Of a DNA stretch of 64,000 nt, positions 12,065 through 27,159 are shown in pieces. Origin of the DNA: Octopus sinensis. Lineage: Eukaryota. Below the pieces are notes generated by a model. It saw only the letters and a list, made by a program, of their open reading frames with translations, was not told the DNA's origin and did no database searches. The translations under genes and the position numbers were made by a program. The first letter of the stretch is position 1. Each line of letters starts with the position of its first letter. Where the stretch lies: assembly GCF_006345805.1 (NCBI RefSeq), contig NC_043001.1, forward strand, positions 53,072,001-53,136,000. Direction: 5' to 3'.

Positions 12065-13055
12065 TAAAGTGGGCAACATCTGTCATCTGATGTTACGACG
12101 TACCTGCAGAAAAAAGGCTTTCGCCTCAAAAAACATTCATGCTGACATGATTTCTACATTAGACGATGACGCTTCAGCTTTATTCACAAGGCAGAAATTG
12201 GTAGCTGAGATTAGATGCGTAAGACCCAAGATCAGAATATCCTTCAACTGACACCACCGAGAAAATGAATAATTCTGTTAATGTCATGATGGGTGACAGA
12301 CAACTTATTATAAATCAAATATACAATAGTATTTGCATATGCAGTGAGAATCATCTTGAACATAGTATGACGAAGGTTTCTGCTTGATACGTGTAATGTT
12401 TTCTGATACCAGATCAAAAGCGTACTCGGCTGATAACTGCACTGGAATATCTGACGTCACTTGAGGTAGATGTTGCTGGTTTCCTTGAACGTTTCCTAAA
12501 GCAGGATCAGTGGTGGAAAATCCCCTCTTCATTTGCTTCATTCAAGGACGTTTTATCTGCAGATTGATGGTCTCAGATTTTTGAGTTTTAAAAGGTATTG
12601 TGCTTATTAACTACATTGAAAATCGTCACAACTTAAATGATGAATATAATGCCAACTTCCTGAGGCAGTTACGAAAGCTACCAAGAGCAGGAAAACTGAC
12701 GAACGAGAGTCGAGGCTTGTTTCTTCATGACAATTCTCTACACGTACGTCGTTCTTACCGACTGTGGTTTTAAACTAGATATTCCCCTCTGATTTGACCC
12801 CTCCCATCATATGTTCCCCAATATCAAAAGAAAATACTTTGCTCGAGAAGAGTGTCGCAGCGATGATGACATCTGCTGATGATGACTTTTTCCCCAACAG
12901 GCTGAAAGCTTTTCACCAATGTGATCTACGCACTGCAACACTGATGGAAGAAATGTGTGAACCGAAAGGGGTTTATGTTGAAACATAATCCTCATTTGGT
13001 TACATTCTATGAGTTTACCTTCATAATTCTGTGAGTTTTTCAACCGACCCTTGTG
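12065..13055 (+). mobile_element. mariner transposon relic (near full-length transposase pseudogene, 3' TIR retained)
   Basis: KKAFASKNIHADMISTLDDDA (HTH), MTKVSA*YV (KVSARWVP), LIPDQKRTRL, FLERFLKQDQWW, KGIVLINY, FLHDNS, SSDLTPS (YSPDLAPSD), WKKCV..KGVYVET*; ends GAGTTTTTCAACCGACCCTTGT. Confidence 0.85.
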
Positions 13056-13061
13056 TCTAAT

Positions 13062-13290
13062 TATAGAAGTGCTAAGAATTAATTATTATTATTCTTTTAC
13101 TTCTAAGAGCGCTGTGTTTTGTTTGCTCTGGTAGATTCTGTGTGAGTGGATACCAGCCTGCTTTTAGAGATTTCACAGGGTCACATTCTGCATATTATAA
13201 GCTTTGATACTTGGTTGCTCATTGCCATGGTAGACATTAAACATTCAAGTAACAATCTCAAAATCCACGCTGTTCGCGGCAGAGTAGTCT
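13062..13290 (-). mobile_element. 3' end of a (TAA)n-tailed retroelement
   Basis: Minus strand ends GCGCTCTTAGAAGTAAAAGAATAATAATAAT; typical non-LTR tail; family not resolved. Confidence 0.4.
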
Positions 13291-13299
13291 AATAGGCTT

Positions 13300-13459
13300 G
13301 TTGTGTTCTCATGACACTTCCAATTTCTCTTACCAAACCACCACAATTGGACTGTTCAAATATCTTGTAGCATCTAACGACTGGATGCTAAAACTTGTTG
13401 AAAACCACGGGAGACGTAAGTTTCATTCTGTTATGAATGAGAGCAAAACTTTGCTAGAG

Positions 13460-13460
<1 letters not shown>
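13300..13460 (+). mobile_element. R4/Dong-type LINE subfamily B internal fragment
   Basis: Nucleotide homology to the reverse complement of ~41330-41480 (ACCACCACAATT(G/T)GACTGT...AAACCACG...GAGAGCAAA); SYQTTTIGLFKYL. Confidence 0.65.
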
Positions 13461-15358
<1,898 letters not shown>

Positions 15359-15414
15359 TGTATTTTAATTTAACTTTAAAAAAAAATGAACGAACTACTG
15401 AGTTTGGTTTAATG

Positions 15415-15506
15415 GCCTACCAATGTATGCTATGAGTTTCTTTGCCCTAGGAGTCGGGAAGACACTCGGCAAGAAATGGAAGCAAATTTGAAAGAAGAAA
15501 AAAAAA

Positions 15507-15576
<70 letters not shown>
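15415..15576 (+). mobile_element. subfamily B LINE 3' terminus (stem-loop) plus (TAA)n tail
   Basis: TGAGTTTCTTTGCCCTAGGAGTCGGGAAGACACTCGGCAAGAAATGG is homologous to the reverse complement of 40222-40300 and is followed by (TAA)n. Confidence 0.7.
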
Positions 15577-15578
<2 letters not shown>

Positions 15579-16773
15579 TCAGAGCATCACAACAAATCAC
15601 AGCACATACCCAAGGCACACAGAGCTGCGCTCGGTAGTGAAGTGAAAGCACGCTATAAAAATAAAACTACTGAATAATAATAATAATGACAACGACAGCG
15701 ACGAGAACGACGATGATTATGACGATTATGATGATTATGATAAGAAAAACAATAATAATGCTAACAATAATAATATGAATCCACTGGGGCATAGATGAAT
15801 GTGGACATAACAAGGGCAATGAACAACTTCTGTGGGGGGTTACATAAAAACTGAAATTTGATTTTAAAAAAGCATACATATTATACAACCTATGAGAATA
15901 CATGAGTGATGTACTCCGCCTGTTACAGGAAAACATTTAACTAGGGTCACTCGAGGAACCGAACAGATCCAAGTTTACCCTCTCAACATATATAAATGCC
16001 ATGTACTAACTAACCAAATCCATTTTGCCTACATTGGTTCCACATTGTGCAAGGTCAAACAAAGATGTCATAATCTTTATTTTTCTTTCAATAATCATAA
16101 GGTTAAGGTTAGGTCTCTCATAGGAAAATTATTAAATTCCAAATTACCTGGAGTAAAATATAACCTGCTTTTCCATACCCAAATGATACGTATTGGGGTT
16201 GCCGCTGCTGCGCCAAATCATTGTGCACCAACATGCATATATGCATGTCCAAGTAATATCATTAATTGGTCTGAAGAACGTAGGATAAAATGCTTACATC
16301 ATTTTAAAAGCACATTTTCATATTTTAAACCAGTTGCACAACTAAATTCGAACCACGCTCACACACACACACACACAACACACACACACAGACGCGTACG
16401 CGCTCATATATGGTACAAATATACAAGTGACATTTATTTCAACAACGCCGTATTGAAGTCAAGATTATGTCTTTATTTAACCCTGTTCTCTTATATTAGT
16501 TCCCGCATTACCTTACATATTATTCTAGCTTAAAATGAATATACAGCAACAATGTTAAAAAATTCGGTGATAGTTCGAATGCTCCCCCGGCGGTTCATCG
16601 TTTTTAAATGTACGTAATGATGTATTGTACACTTGCTCTTCAATATCACTTAGATGAGTAATATATAATTGAATAACATAATTGAATCGCTGATTTATGT
16701 GTATAGAAATATATGCTAAGATATATATACACAAAAATGCATATATACATTTATGTGTACATATATAAACACA

Positions 16774-16844
<71 letters not shown>

Positions 16845-18339
16845 TTGTGTGTGCGTTTGTGTGTATTATGCTACAACATAATTTCTTTCATTTAATATAA
16901 TGTACTATAATGTAATTTCAATTATATAATTGGTGCGTTATGGTGCACATTTTTATGTCTGAGATTTTTTTGTTTATGTTTCTGATTGTTACTTGCTAAA
17001 CGGGCATTTGAATATCTCCAATGCTCTGAATCAATGAATTACTTCCATAAGACTTGAATAAAAATTAAAATGAAAATATATGTTTTGTAAATACTTATAC
17101 AATTTAATAGACGCGAATGCTATTATGAATATGAGAATGTTGATCTTTCATATTTTTTTATTATAAATATAAAAATAGTAATCAGTTTAGGAGCAAATTA
17201 GCATTATTATAACTGTTATACTTTTCTCTTGTATTTTGTGACTGTAAAATATGCCACTTAGACTGAATTTTAACTTGATTAAACAATACCTCAGAGGTGA
17301 TATATGTAATATACTTCATATACATATATATAACAGAATGAAAACAGTGAGTGTATATTTCTGAAATATTATTGCACTTGTTGTGAATTTGTATTTCCAT
17401 ATGCTAAACACACGACACTCTTTCTTTAAACCCATTGAATGTCTTTAGCTTCTATTCGCACGTTTTCAATGACGCAAACTTATTGTCATCATTTAAATCA
17501 ATGTAACTACGAGTTAAGTTTCATCAATTTAGAATTTGGGCGACCTCTAGTAGGCAACATAGAGTATTGAAAAATACGGAATTTAGGTCACAGCGAAATT
17601 TCTTCTATTTGTGCAAAACAAAAATATTATTCATACAAAAGAATTGCTACAATTACGTTATTCATATAAGTATGGTTATAACCCATCAAACAGCGTAGTA
17701 TAAAGTTTAGATCTTGAATTAATATTCAATATTCTATTAGGTTTTCAACCCCATATGGGAGCTTAAACGATGCTATTAACACACTTAGTTAAGCCCAATC
17801 ACTTCTAGAAGTCAAACACACGAAAATTGATTATCAGTATTTTAAGTAGTAAATTGATTTAAGGAAGTGTTTTTATAAATTTAAATATATGGAACAAATG
17901 TTCACTTTACTTTTCGTGATTGGTTCCTACTTTATTTGGGCTAGATTCAAGAAGGCAAAAATTAGGAAAACATTGGATATATACCTATTAATATTTATTT
18001 TTGATTCTCTGAAATACACGCCTATTATTTATAACGTTGATTTTCTCAACTGCGTGCTTGATGCAATTATTACCACGCCAATCAGACGCCTACTGGAATG
18101 AAGCAAATATATGTACTACTGTGTGAAGTGAAATTAATTGTGTGCAATATACTGTGTGTCATTGCAGAATATTTTTTCCATAGATATACACAAAAGCAAT
18201 TAGCTTAATGTAATTATTTGTCAGAATGTATTTCGAAATGAAATTGATGGTAAATTACAAGACCATTACTTTAAAAAAATCAACACTCTTTTGCTATCGA
18301 ATTCATTGCTATGAAATCCAACTTATATTAAATAAAGAA

Positions 18340-19010
18340 TAGACAACACATCAAAAAGTGGTAAGTGCAGAATCTGTGGATAAAATGGTGAAACTGTATG
18401 GCATATTACCAGCCAATGTACGCCACTAGCCCAGAAGGAATATAAGAGATGCCACGACAATGTAGCCAGGTTTGTCCGTTGGGCACTTTGCAACAAGTAT
18501 GGCCTCGACAGAGCAAAAAACTAGTACGATCGCAAATCCGAAGGCATCACCGAAAATAAAAATGCAAAGATCCTATGGGATTTTATGATTCAGTGTGAGC
18601 ATCCGATGGAGAATAGGAAAGCAGACATAGTCTTAATTGCGAAAGAACACAAACTATGCTTGATTATATATATAGCATGCCCAGCTGACAACAAGGTATG
18701 CGATAAGGAAGAAAGAAAAGTCGAGAGATATGAGAGGTTAGCTTGGGAAGTTGAGCAGTTGTGGTCGATGAAAAAGGTAGCAGTAGTACCAATAATTGTC
18801 GGAGCCCTGGGAACAGTGAGCAAAAATCTCGAGATGTACATGGAACATATAGGTGCTGCAATAAGGGTGGAGCACTTGCAGAAAACAGCACTGCTTGGAA
18901 CCACCCGAATACTCCGGAAGGTGCTTGAAAAATAAGCGGTGTTACCTTAGTTCACTGGTAGTGAACAACTGATAGCGCAGTACATCTCCACCGTTAGAAG
19001 CTTTGCAATG
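18340..19010 (+). mobile_element. R4/Dong-type LINE C-terminal CCHC/RLE endonuclease relic and 3' UTR
   Basis: LAQKEYKRCHDNVARFVRW (RHD), KILWDFMIQCEHPMENRKADIV (PD motif), KEERKVERYERL, VVPIIVGALG, LQKTALLGTTRILRKVL; 3' UTR hairpin GTTCACT-GGT-AGTGAAC. Confidence 0.9.
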
Positions 19011-20659
19011 CGTACAAAAAATCTACGCACATGAAAACCCGTGCTAAAACTGCTGCCTTAGATAGTGAGAGGAAAATCCTCTCACTGGCAAATACCCAAA
19101 GAAAGCGAATAATCTCCTTACCCATCAATGGCTAATGGCTTCTGGCTTAAAATCTGAAACAATGACGTTTATATAAAACATTAAAAAATTATTTGGTTTC
19201 CGGGTATAACATTTGTAAATTTTTGCAAAAATTATCTTTCACAACTAATTTGTAGATCATCTCTCTAGCTGTGAATGATATTACTGTTTGGAAATGTGCT
19301 CAGTTCAATATTTCTGACATTACTTTTCAAAGATTATATTTGGTTCTTGATAAAAACCTACATTCAGAAATCGATTCAACTGCAAAACATTCGTGATGTT
19401 CAAAGAAGTATTTAGTTTTGTCTGAGCTCAATTACTAATAGCCATGATACTTTACTTTATGTTTGTTTTTCATCGATACGGTTTCAGAAAATTAGATTGC
19501 ACTTTAAAGTATTTGCATCGTCAATTAGTAAGTACACAGTTCAAAGGTGGTTCGCCAAGAGGAGAAAACATGTAAAGACTCCGGAAGAAATCTTTGTCGT
19601 AGAGTTGAATTTTTTTATGGTAAGGAATAATGGAATTTACAATGCTGGTCATTATGCATTTACGTATCATGTAATGAAAATACAATATGAATCCTAGATA
19701 GATATTTCACAGACAAATATTTATATAATCACTGAAATTAGTAAAAATAATTGGCATTCGTATGCGAAGTTGAATCTGTATCATATCCAAAGATGCAAAC
19801 GATAGTATACACATTATGGTTGAAAGTATGTAGGTGAGACAGTCACTTATGAAATGTCTTTTGTTTAGCCCTGATCCCTCCAAAATACCCTGGGATTAAA
19901 CAGCTACAACATTAACCATATTTTCTCAGTTGTTATATATATATGTTGATGTTATTGTGTAGCTCAAATAAGACAAAAACAGACAATATTATTCCTATAG
20001 ACAATATTATGTATTCCTTATATTCTAACTGTAATTATTATAACAAGATTTATGTTGGGGCTTCTAAAATTAAGCTGAGTGAGGTTCATTATTGTAGTGC
20101 TGGAGTTATTTAGATGAATATGTGGTGTTGTTCGATTTTCTGCCGTGCTATGTGTTTAAATGTAGGCTGGGTTGGAGAAACAGGAGGTGTTGGATACTGA
20201 TACATGCAAGCCAAGTTGACTCTGCCACCTTGTTGGAACTGGGACATGTATGAACTTTTTTAAATATAATTTTCCAAAATAAAGCCTTTTATATCTAGGC
20301 AAACGGTGAATGTAATGAGTGCATTATAATGAGTGCTAGACAGTATATTCAACTTCTAAAATGATAAATGTTTTCTCTCGACAAATGTCACTCTAGTCCG
20401 TCAAAAAAGGGTAGTTTCGGTTTTGATCTTGCACGTTTCAATCACATATAAAAGAACTGAGTGAATTAGCAAAGAGCCTTATGTTCTTTGCAAATTTCAA
20501 GTTAGTTAATATTTAAAATCTAGTAATTTCAGCATAAAGTAAATCGATTTTTGAAACCTCATTAAATATATCTTGTCAAAGTGATACAGTTTCAACTGTG
20601 AACGAAACATGATAGAACACGCAATAAATTATTGACAATTAATGTTAATAAAACATTAC

Positions 20660-20830
20660 GGCGCCGAGCTAGCAGAACCGTTAATACGCCAACAGAATGC
20701 TTAACAGCAATTCATCCATCTTTCAAATTTCGCCTCGGTCGACTTCCTCTTTCATTTCGGGGTCGATAAAATAAAGTACCAGTCAAGTACTAAATCGATA
20801 TAATCGACTTAATCCTCCCCCTAATGACCA
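20660..20830 (+). mobile_element. tRNA-derived SINE, family 1 (decayed)
   Basis: GGCGCCGAGCTAGCAGAACCGTTA...GTCGACTTCC...GGGGTCGATAAAATAAAGTACCAG. Confidence 0.8.
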
Positions 20831-21696
20831 GTCTTGTACTAAAATCTGAAACCAATATTTTAAAACATGATTTAATTGCCCATGATATATGTATGATATA
20901 AATGCGATAAGAAAATATCTAAACAGAAAATTGAGCATCGACGAGAGAGCTGGATGATTCACAGGAACAGTTTTCTCTTTGAAAAATAGCAAAGGTAATT
21001 TCATTAGTAATCATATCTGCAGATAAATGAATCCTAGTAATAGCGAGACAGTTATTATTAGTAAATCGATATTAGATAGAATTATCCTAAATTTAAGCAA
21101 ATTCAGTCCTCAGAGGATGAATTAAGTGTAACAAGAACAATCATGGGTGTGGGTTCATACAATTCAGAACATTTGAGTTTTACCAATCAATTTCACAATA
21201 ACTCCTTCTCCGGGATCTAACGCCCAGTCAGCTATGAACTATATTCATCTATCTCCGCATTAATTTCATCGTGATTGCTGGCAATTAGTTTCTATTATTC
21301 GACGAATCCGTCCTCTATTTTTGGTTACAATTGAAATGTGTTAAATTATTCGAGAAGTCAATGGGGTCATATGATGGGGCTGAAATAATAAATCCAGTTT
21401 GTCTGTTTATTTTATATTAACTATAAAGCGAAGGAATAGTGACCAACATATGACCATAGTGAGATAATGGGGAGGTTTACCTAAGGTAAATCGACACGAC
21501 ATGTACACTACTCGTGAACATTATCGCATTGACATAGTTTAAAAATCACAGTCTATACAAATGAAAAAAACAGATTTACCACCGAAAAAGAAATTTCGCA
21601 CCGAACAAAGAGTGACATGTACTGTTTTGGGGGATGCAAAGAGGGCCTATACTGTAACATTACATGGAACATGGGTCTACTGTCAATAGTGTAGAC

Positions 21697-21910
21697 CATT
21701 GTTTCCCAACCTGGGGGCCGTGGAACTCTGGTGGTCCATGTAGGTAGAACTGGCGTTCCGTGAACTAAATTCGAAATTTCATATATATGCATGTATATAT
21801 ATACATACATAGAGATAGGCATGGTAAAAGTGGTCCGTGGAAAATCTAATTTAAATAAAGAGGTTGGGAATCATTGTCGTGAACCACTGTGAAAGTATTG
21901 CGAACCACTA
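21697..21910. mobile_element. hAT/Charlie-type MITE
   Basis: TIR CATTGTTTCCCAACC / GGTTGGGAATCATTG; exact 8-bp direct repeat GTGTAGAC at 21689-21696 and 21911-21918. Confidence 0.75.
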
Positions 21911-21919
21911 GTGTAGACT

Positions 21920-22260
21920 ATACTGAGGTTGTTGACAACAAACTGAACCCAGCAATTCGGGCCAAATGCTGAGATCTATTGTAAAATCTAGAGTTAATGT
22001 TGCACGATTATACACACCAACATACGGCGGAATACGCAGTGGAACCATTGAAAAATTGCATGCATTTCAGGCCTTACCCTCCCGATTATCATCTGTTTGT
22101 AACGCTCAAGCATCATTTACGAGGTTGTCAAATGTCTATGCACAAAAATGTGCACGTAATGGTGTATAAATGGTTTTGCGTCAAGTCGAAATCTTTTCCG
22201 ATGCTTGTGGACCTCTGGAAGCAGTGCATCCAAAAGCAAGGAGACTATGTTGAAAAATAA
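21920..22260 (+). mobile_element. mariner transposase C-terminal relic
   Basis: MLHDYTHQHTA (HDNARPH), PYPPDYHLFVTLKHHLRG (PYSPDLAPSDYHLF with deletion), WKQCIQKQGDYVEK*. Confidence 0.85.
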
Positions 22261-23172
22261 TATGTATTCAGCGACTGCTTTTGTTTTAATGAATTACAGA
22301 AACAAGAGTGTGTATTAAACACACGTATATACGTACAGACACACACACACATTCACACACACAGTCTCTCTCTCTCTCTCTTAAAATGCGTCTTCCTTCC
22401 AGAAACACACATTAATACTTACATTCAGCAACAACGCAAAACACATACAGGCTTTCACACTCAACACGGAGAGAAATGAAGGAAATCTTGGTGATGCACC
22501 GGCTTTACGCTAAGATAAATAGCTGATCAGAACTGGGCTGGTAGCTTTTATAAATTACCAACTGTTCTCAACATCACATTCCTCAAGACTTAAATTTACT
22601 TAAATTTACTTATGGTTGTAGTAAACTGTTCTTCTACATAAATTTTATATAAAACTCACAATATAACTCCTGGTCTTGCTAGATTTTTAACTGGCTGACC
22701 AATATATATCTCAACGTCACAAAGAAAAATATTTTTGAATACTAACAAGAGCAAATTGAGTTGAAAATTAATATTAGACACATTTAAAGTTATTGGTAAA
22801 AGGTTGGGTGACAAATCTATATGAGCTTCGTTGTTTTTCAATGAATAGAAAGGTCTAATATTGACAAGTAAAGAAGTAAACAAATATTTGAAATGTCAGA
22901 GAATATATCACGAAAAGAACTTTTTTTAAATATGAAATAGAAATGAACGAATAAAAACCTTTCATTGAATACTCATTCGCTAATATTTGTCTGACAGGGA
23001 CTTAAAAATAAACAATTGTTTTAAATTGTTTGTTTGGAATTATAGACGGAAAATCCGAATTATAGGCTGCAAATTGTATAATAGGTGCACGCATGGTGTA
23101 TATATATATATATATATAAATATACATATATATGCATATATATATATTCATATAAATATACATATATACACT

Positions 23173-23203
<31 letters not shown>

Positions 23204-24346
23204 GGGCTTCCTGGAGAAAAAACTATATGACGAAATAGGGAAAGTCTTCGAACACGACTTCAGAGAAGACATCAAGAAAAAGTGGAAACGCTACCTCGAT
23301 GACTGTTTCATCTTTTGGAACAGATCAGAAGAGGACCTACAAACATTCCACAACATCCTCAATACGCTGCACCCATCTATCAATTTCACAATAGATACCA
23401 GCCACAACGAACTTCCCTTCCTAGACATCAACATCAAAATACACAACTCCATCGTCACAACAGACATCCACTACAAAAAAACTGACACACATCAATACTT
23501 AAATTTCCACTCCTGCCACCCATCCCACACAAAAGAAACATCCCATATAGTATGGCACGACGAATATGTAGCATAGTAACTGATTCACAAATACGATTAA
23601 TAAGACTAGATGAACTCAAAAGCTTCCTCCTAGAGCAAAAATACCCCCTTAAACTAATAGAAAATGGAATCACAAGAGCATTAAAACTAGACATCACACA
23701 ACTCAGGACACCCAAAACAAAAAACAAAGAAAACACTATCCCTTTTATAAACACACACAACCCTGGAGTTACCAACATCTTCCAAACCATACATTCAAAC
23801 CTACCAATAGCCTTACAGAGCCCCAAAATGAAAAACATATTAAACAAATATAGCATAAAAAACAGTAGACGACAGGACAAAAACCTAAAAAAACACCTAA
23901 CAAGAGCGAAATTCTCTTCAGAAACTAAAACGGAATTCTTTGCAAAAGAGTGCGGAGATGGTAGATGTGGGACCTGCAGCAACCCCACCTACAAATACAT
24001 AGAGAGCAACAGAGAGATAAGATTTAAAAATGGTGTCATATTCAAAGTAAATGCAGATATGAACTGCAAGACGCAGAACGTCATATACTGCATAACCTGC
24101 CCCACATGCAAGGAGAATTACGTAGGAGAAACTGGTAATTCTTTGTGCCAGCGAGCCAGGATCCACCGACAACATATTCGGCAGGAAGAACTACGCAAAA
24201 TACCACTAAGCACACACCTAGCTACATGTGGAGAAGGAAAATTTAAGATATTTCCCTTCTACAAGTGTCCGAAGAATGACACCCCCTTCAGGAGGAATAT
24301 GGAAAAACATTTCATAGCTAAGTTCTCCCCCAAATTAAATGGCTGA
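23204..24346 (+). mobile_element. Penelope-like element, 5'-truncated: RT C-terminus + thumb + GIY-YIG endonuclease
   Basis: WKRYLDDCFIFW, INFT, ELPFLDI, YKKTDTHQYLNFHSCHPSH, IPYSMARRICSIV, CGDGRCGTC, NVIYCITCPTCKENYVGETG, RIHRQHI, HLATC, EKHFIAKFSPKLN*; one frameshift near 23541-23545; starts directly at (TA)n. Confidence 0.95.
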
Positions 24347-24619
24347 AACTTTACTCAACATACATTGAAGGAAAAATCTGTGTGTGTGTAGATGTGTGTA
24401 TTGCCTGTTATATACATCATATTATATTATTATCTTTATAATTCACTTCCATCTTTACCCTTTAATTGTCACTTTAGTTTTAACTTTCCTATGACATACA
24501 ACTTTCAAGATGGTATAATTTGGTTGTTCATTTTGAACCGATAAAAAGGTTTTTTCAAATATTTTATGTATAAGTCTGTGTGTGTGTATATATATGTGTT
24601 GGTATAAATATCAACACAC

Positions 24620-24860
24620 AAAAATATTTTTTCTTCTCCACTTCCTCCCTTATTTTTATTTTATTTTTTTTATTTTTTTTTATTTTTTATTCTTTATATT
24701 TTTATTTATTCTTTATATTTTTTATTTTATTTTATTTTTTTTATTTTTTTTATTTTTTTTTATTTTATTTTTTTTATTTTTTTTTATTTTTTATTTTATT
24801 ATTATTATTTTTATTTTCCCTTTTCTCTTTTTGTCTCTCTCCCCTTCTCCAAACACACAG

Positions 24861-24892
<32 letters not shown>

Positions 24893-24960
24893 AAAAACAC
24901 ACACAGACACACACACACACACACAAACACACAAAAACACACACAGACACACACACACAC
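24620..24960. repeat. T-rich low-complexity tract and compound (CA)n minisatellite
   Basis: (TTTA/TTTTA)n followed by imperfect ~40-bp CA-rich tandem units. Confidence 0.9.
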
Positions 24961-25147
24961 ACCTCCACAGAATGATCATAGAAAGTGTGACCCCAAATGA
25001 CATTTGCCAGGCCAACCTATGCACAACACACACTCAGTGACATTGAAATGGACAGCCAAAGTTCTTATAAAACCACAGGGGGTCCAGCAGACCAACGGAA
25101 ATAACACTTCTTCACTCTCAGATATAAATGCGCACACACACACACAC

Positions 25148-25191
<44 letters not shown>

Positions 25192-25393
25192 ACATATTTT
25201 CTCTCTGCCTCACTTCCTCCTCAACCACTACTACGAAACTATAAAAAGGTTCAAACTACCCACAACTGATTTGATTTGAAAACCCACTAGAATGGGAGCA
25301 AGCGCTAATCCGAATGATATGATATATATGTAAAAAATGTAATATATAAATAAATATCTACAAATATGAACCATCTGATCTGATTACCTCAAT

Positions 25394-25426
<33 letters not shown>

Positions 25427-26329
25427 GTCTCTTTTTATTAGCATGTCTTCCCCACCCACACTTGACAAGTGCTGCTGGTTCCCGTACCTTAGTTTTGCGT
25501 CAAAAGTGACGGCTAGAGTAAGTACTAGATTCGTTCGACTAAAATTCTCCAAGCTGGTACACCAGCATGGCTGCATGCTAATGACTGAAGCATGTAAAAG
25601 TAATGAAAAATAACGCAACGAAATTGTATCTACTATTATAAACGTTATGGTAACAGGGCTACAAAGAAATTACCTTCTAAATATGGAACAAAATGGGTAA
25701 CAAAGATATTTCAATGTAAAATATTGTTCAAATATAAATAAAAGAGTTTTAGGAGCACATGATTATTTTCCAGCAGAAAGACCGCTCTCCGGGCGGTTTT
25801 CTGCTATCCCTTTGATGATAGTTTCACATTTGATTCCCAAATCTAATAATTTTTTATAATTTACGTCTAATTATTTCTTTGTATAATAGTTTTCAGTTGC
25901 TTAGTAAGTATTGCTTTCATTGTTTTATCACAGTCAATCTCTCGCGTTTGAACAAACATAACGGTAGTCCAACAACAGAGTGAGAAGCAGTTTGTCATGT
26001 TTTACCTTCCCCTCAAAGCAACATAAATGTTTCAATACAGCAGTCCTTCTGTAAGCTACACAGTGTGCGTGAGAGAGAGAGGGGGTAAGAGAGAACATTG
26101 CAAACAATGAGTGAAATAAACATGAAATGAAAAAATCGTATAAATAAAAATGTACTACTTCAGATTACTTTTCTACAAATACTGCTTTGATGTTGCTTCA
26201 GATTATATAGGGATTTACGAGAAAGAATCTTTCAGAGGCAGTGGAGAGAGAAATTTTGGAAAATTCGCACGATCTGACATTTCCTCTCATAACTTTCAGG
26301 AAAATGTGTATCTTTTAATGGAAATTTAC

Positions 26330-26962
26330 ACAAATCCCTTTGGTGGTATGTCTTCTATCCTAACTCTGGAAGCACGTCTCCTAAGGTATAGGAATAGAAG
26401 CACCACTTTGTCTGTTTTTAACGGTGTTGCCGAGTGCGGCCTGGCGGTAGCTACCTCCCGAAAATACGCCTCCACCGTTCCATACTTTCTTCCCTTGGCA
26501 ATGTAGGAAATCCCTTCCCATACTAGTCTCAGCGACTTTTGAAATTGGACTGCTGACACTACTTCAAATTTTCTCGTTGATACGGCGAGCGTCCTGTAAA
26601 TGATCGGGTTGTTTTCGTTTTTTTCTTTTAAAAGTTCTTTGGAGGAACACCTTTGCATAAGTTCCCTCCCTTTTAATTATTTGCTTGGAAATGCACAACT
26701 CCTTCAGGCTCACGTCTTCGTTCTTTTTCCTTTTGCCGCTCTTTTGTAATTTTTTCATCTCTATAGCCTCATCAATAGTTTTCATAATGTTTACTAATTC
26801 TTCTTCAAACGACAAAAAGTCTGAGGCAGAACTCAAACCTTTTTAATTCATATCCCAACGACGAATCTCTCCCATTAAATTAGATGGAAAACATCGCACA
26901 CCACCGCTGCAAGACCGCGAAACGTGCGCGTTTTGCACAAAAACAGTAGTTCAACTAGCAAA
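26330..26962 (-). mobile_element. L1/Tx1-type LINE 5' end + ORF1 N-terminal relic (copy 1)
   Basis: ATG at 26875-26873; EDVSLKEL, FEVVSAVQFQKSLRLVWEGISYIAKGRKYGTVEAYFREVATAR, RRASRVRIEDIPP; paralogous to 27400-28780. Confidence 0.7.
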
Positions 26963-27159
26963 CAATAAACAGGAACCAAACTTCTTTATTTTATGATATT
27001 TACTATGTTATCCTTATATAGAGGGGACGGCACAAGGTGGAGACAAAAAACAACACGAATGGGAAGTATGAATTAAATATACTGAAAAATGAAATGAAGC
27101 CGTTTGACCACACACCTCCGAGTGACTTCATTGAACATGTTAATAAATCAGTAAATACA

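Noticed and set aside
21085-21125. Minus-strand CTGAGGA plus hairpin CTGAATTT/AAATTTAG
   Set aside because: Followed by GATA instead of GAAA, with no stem I or III.
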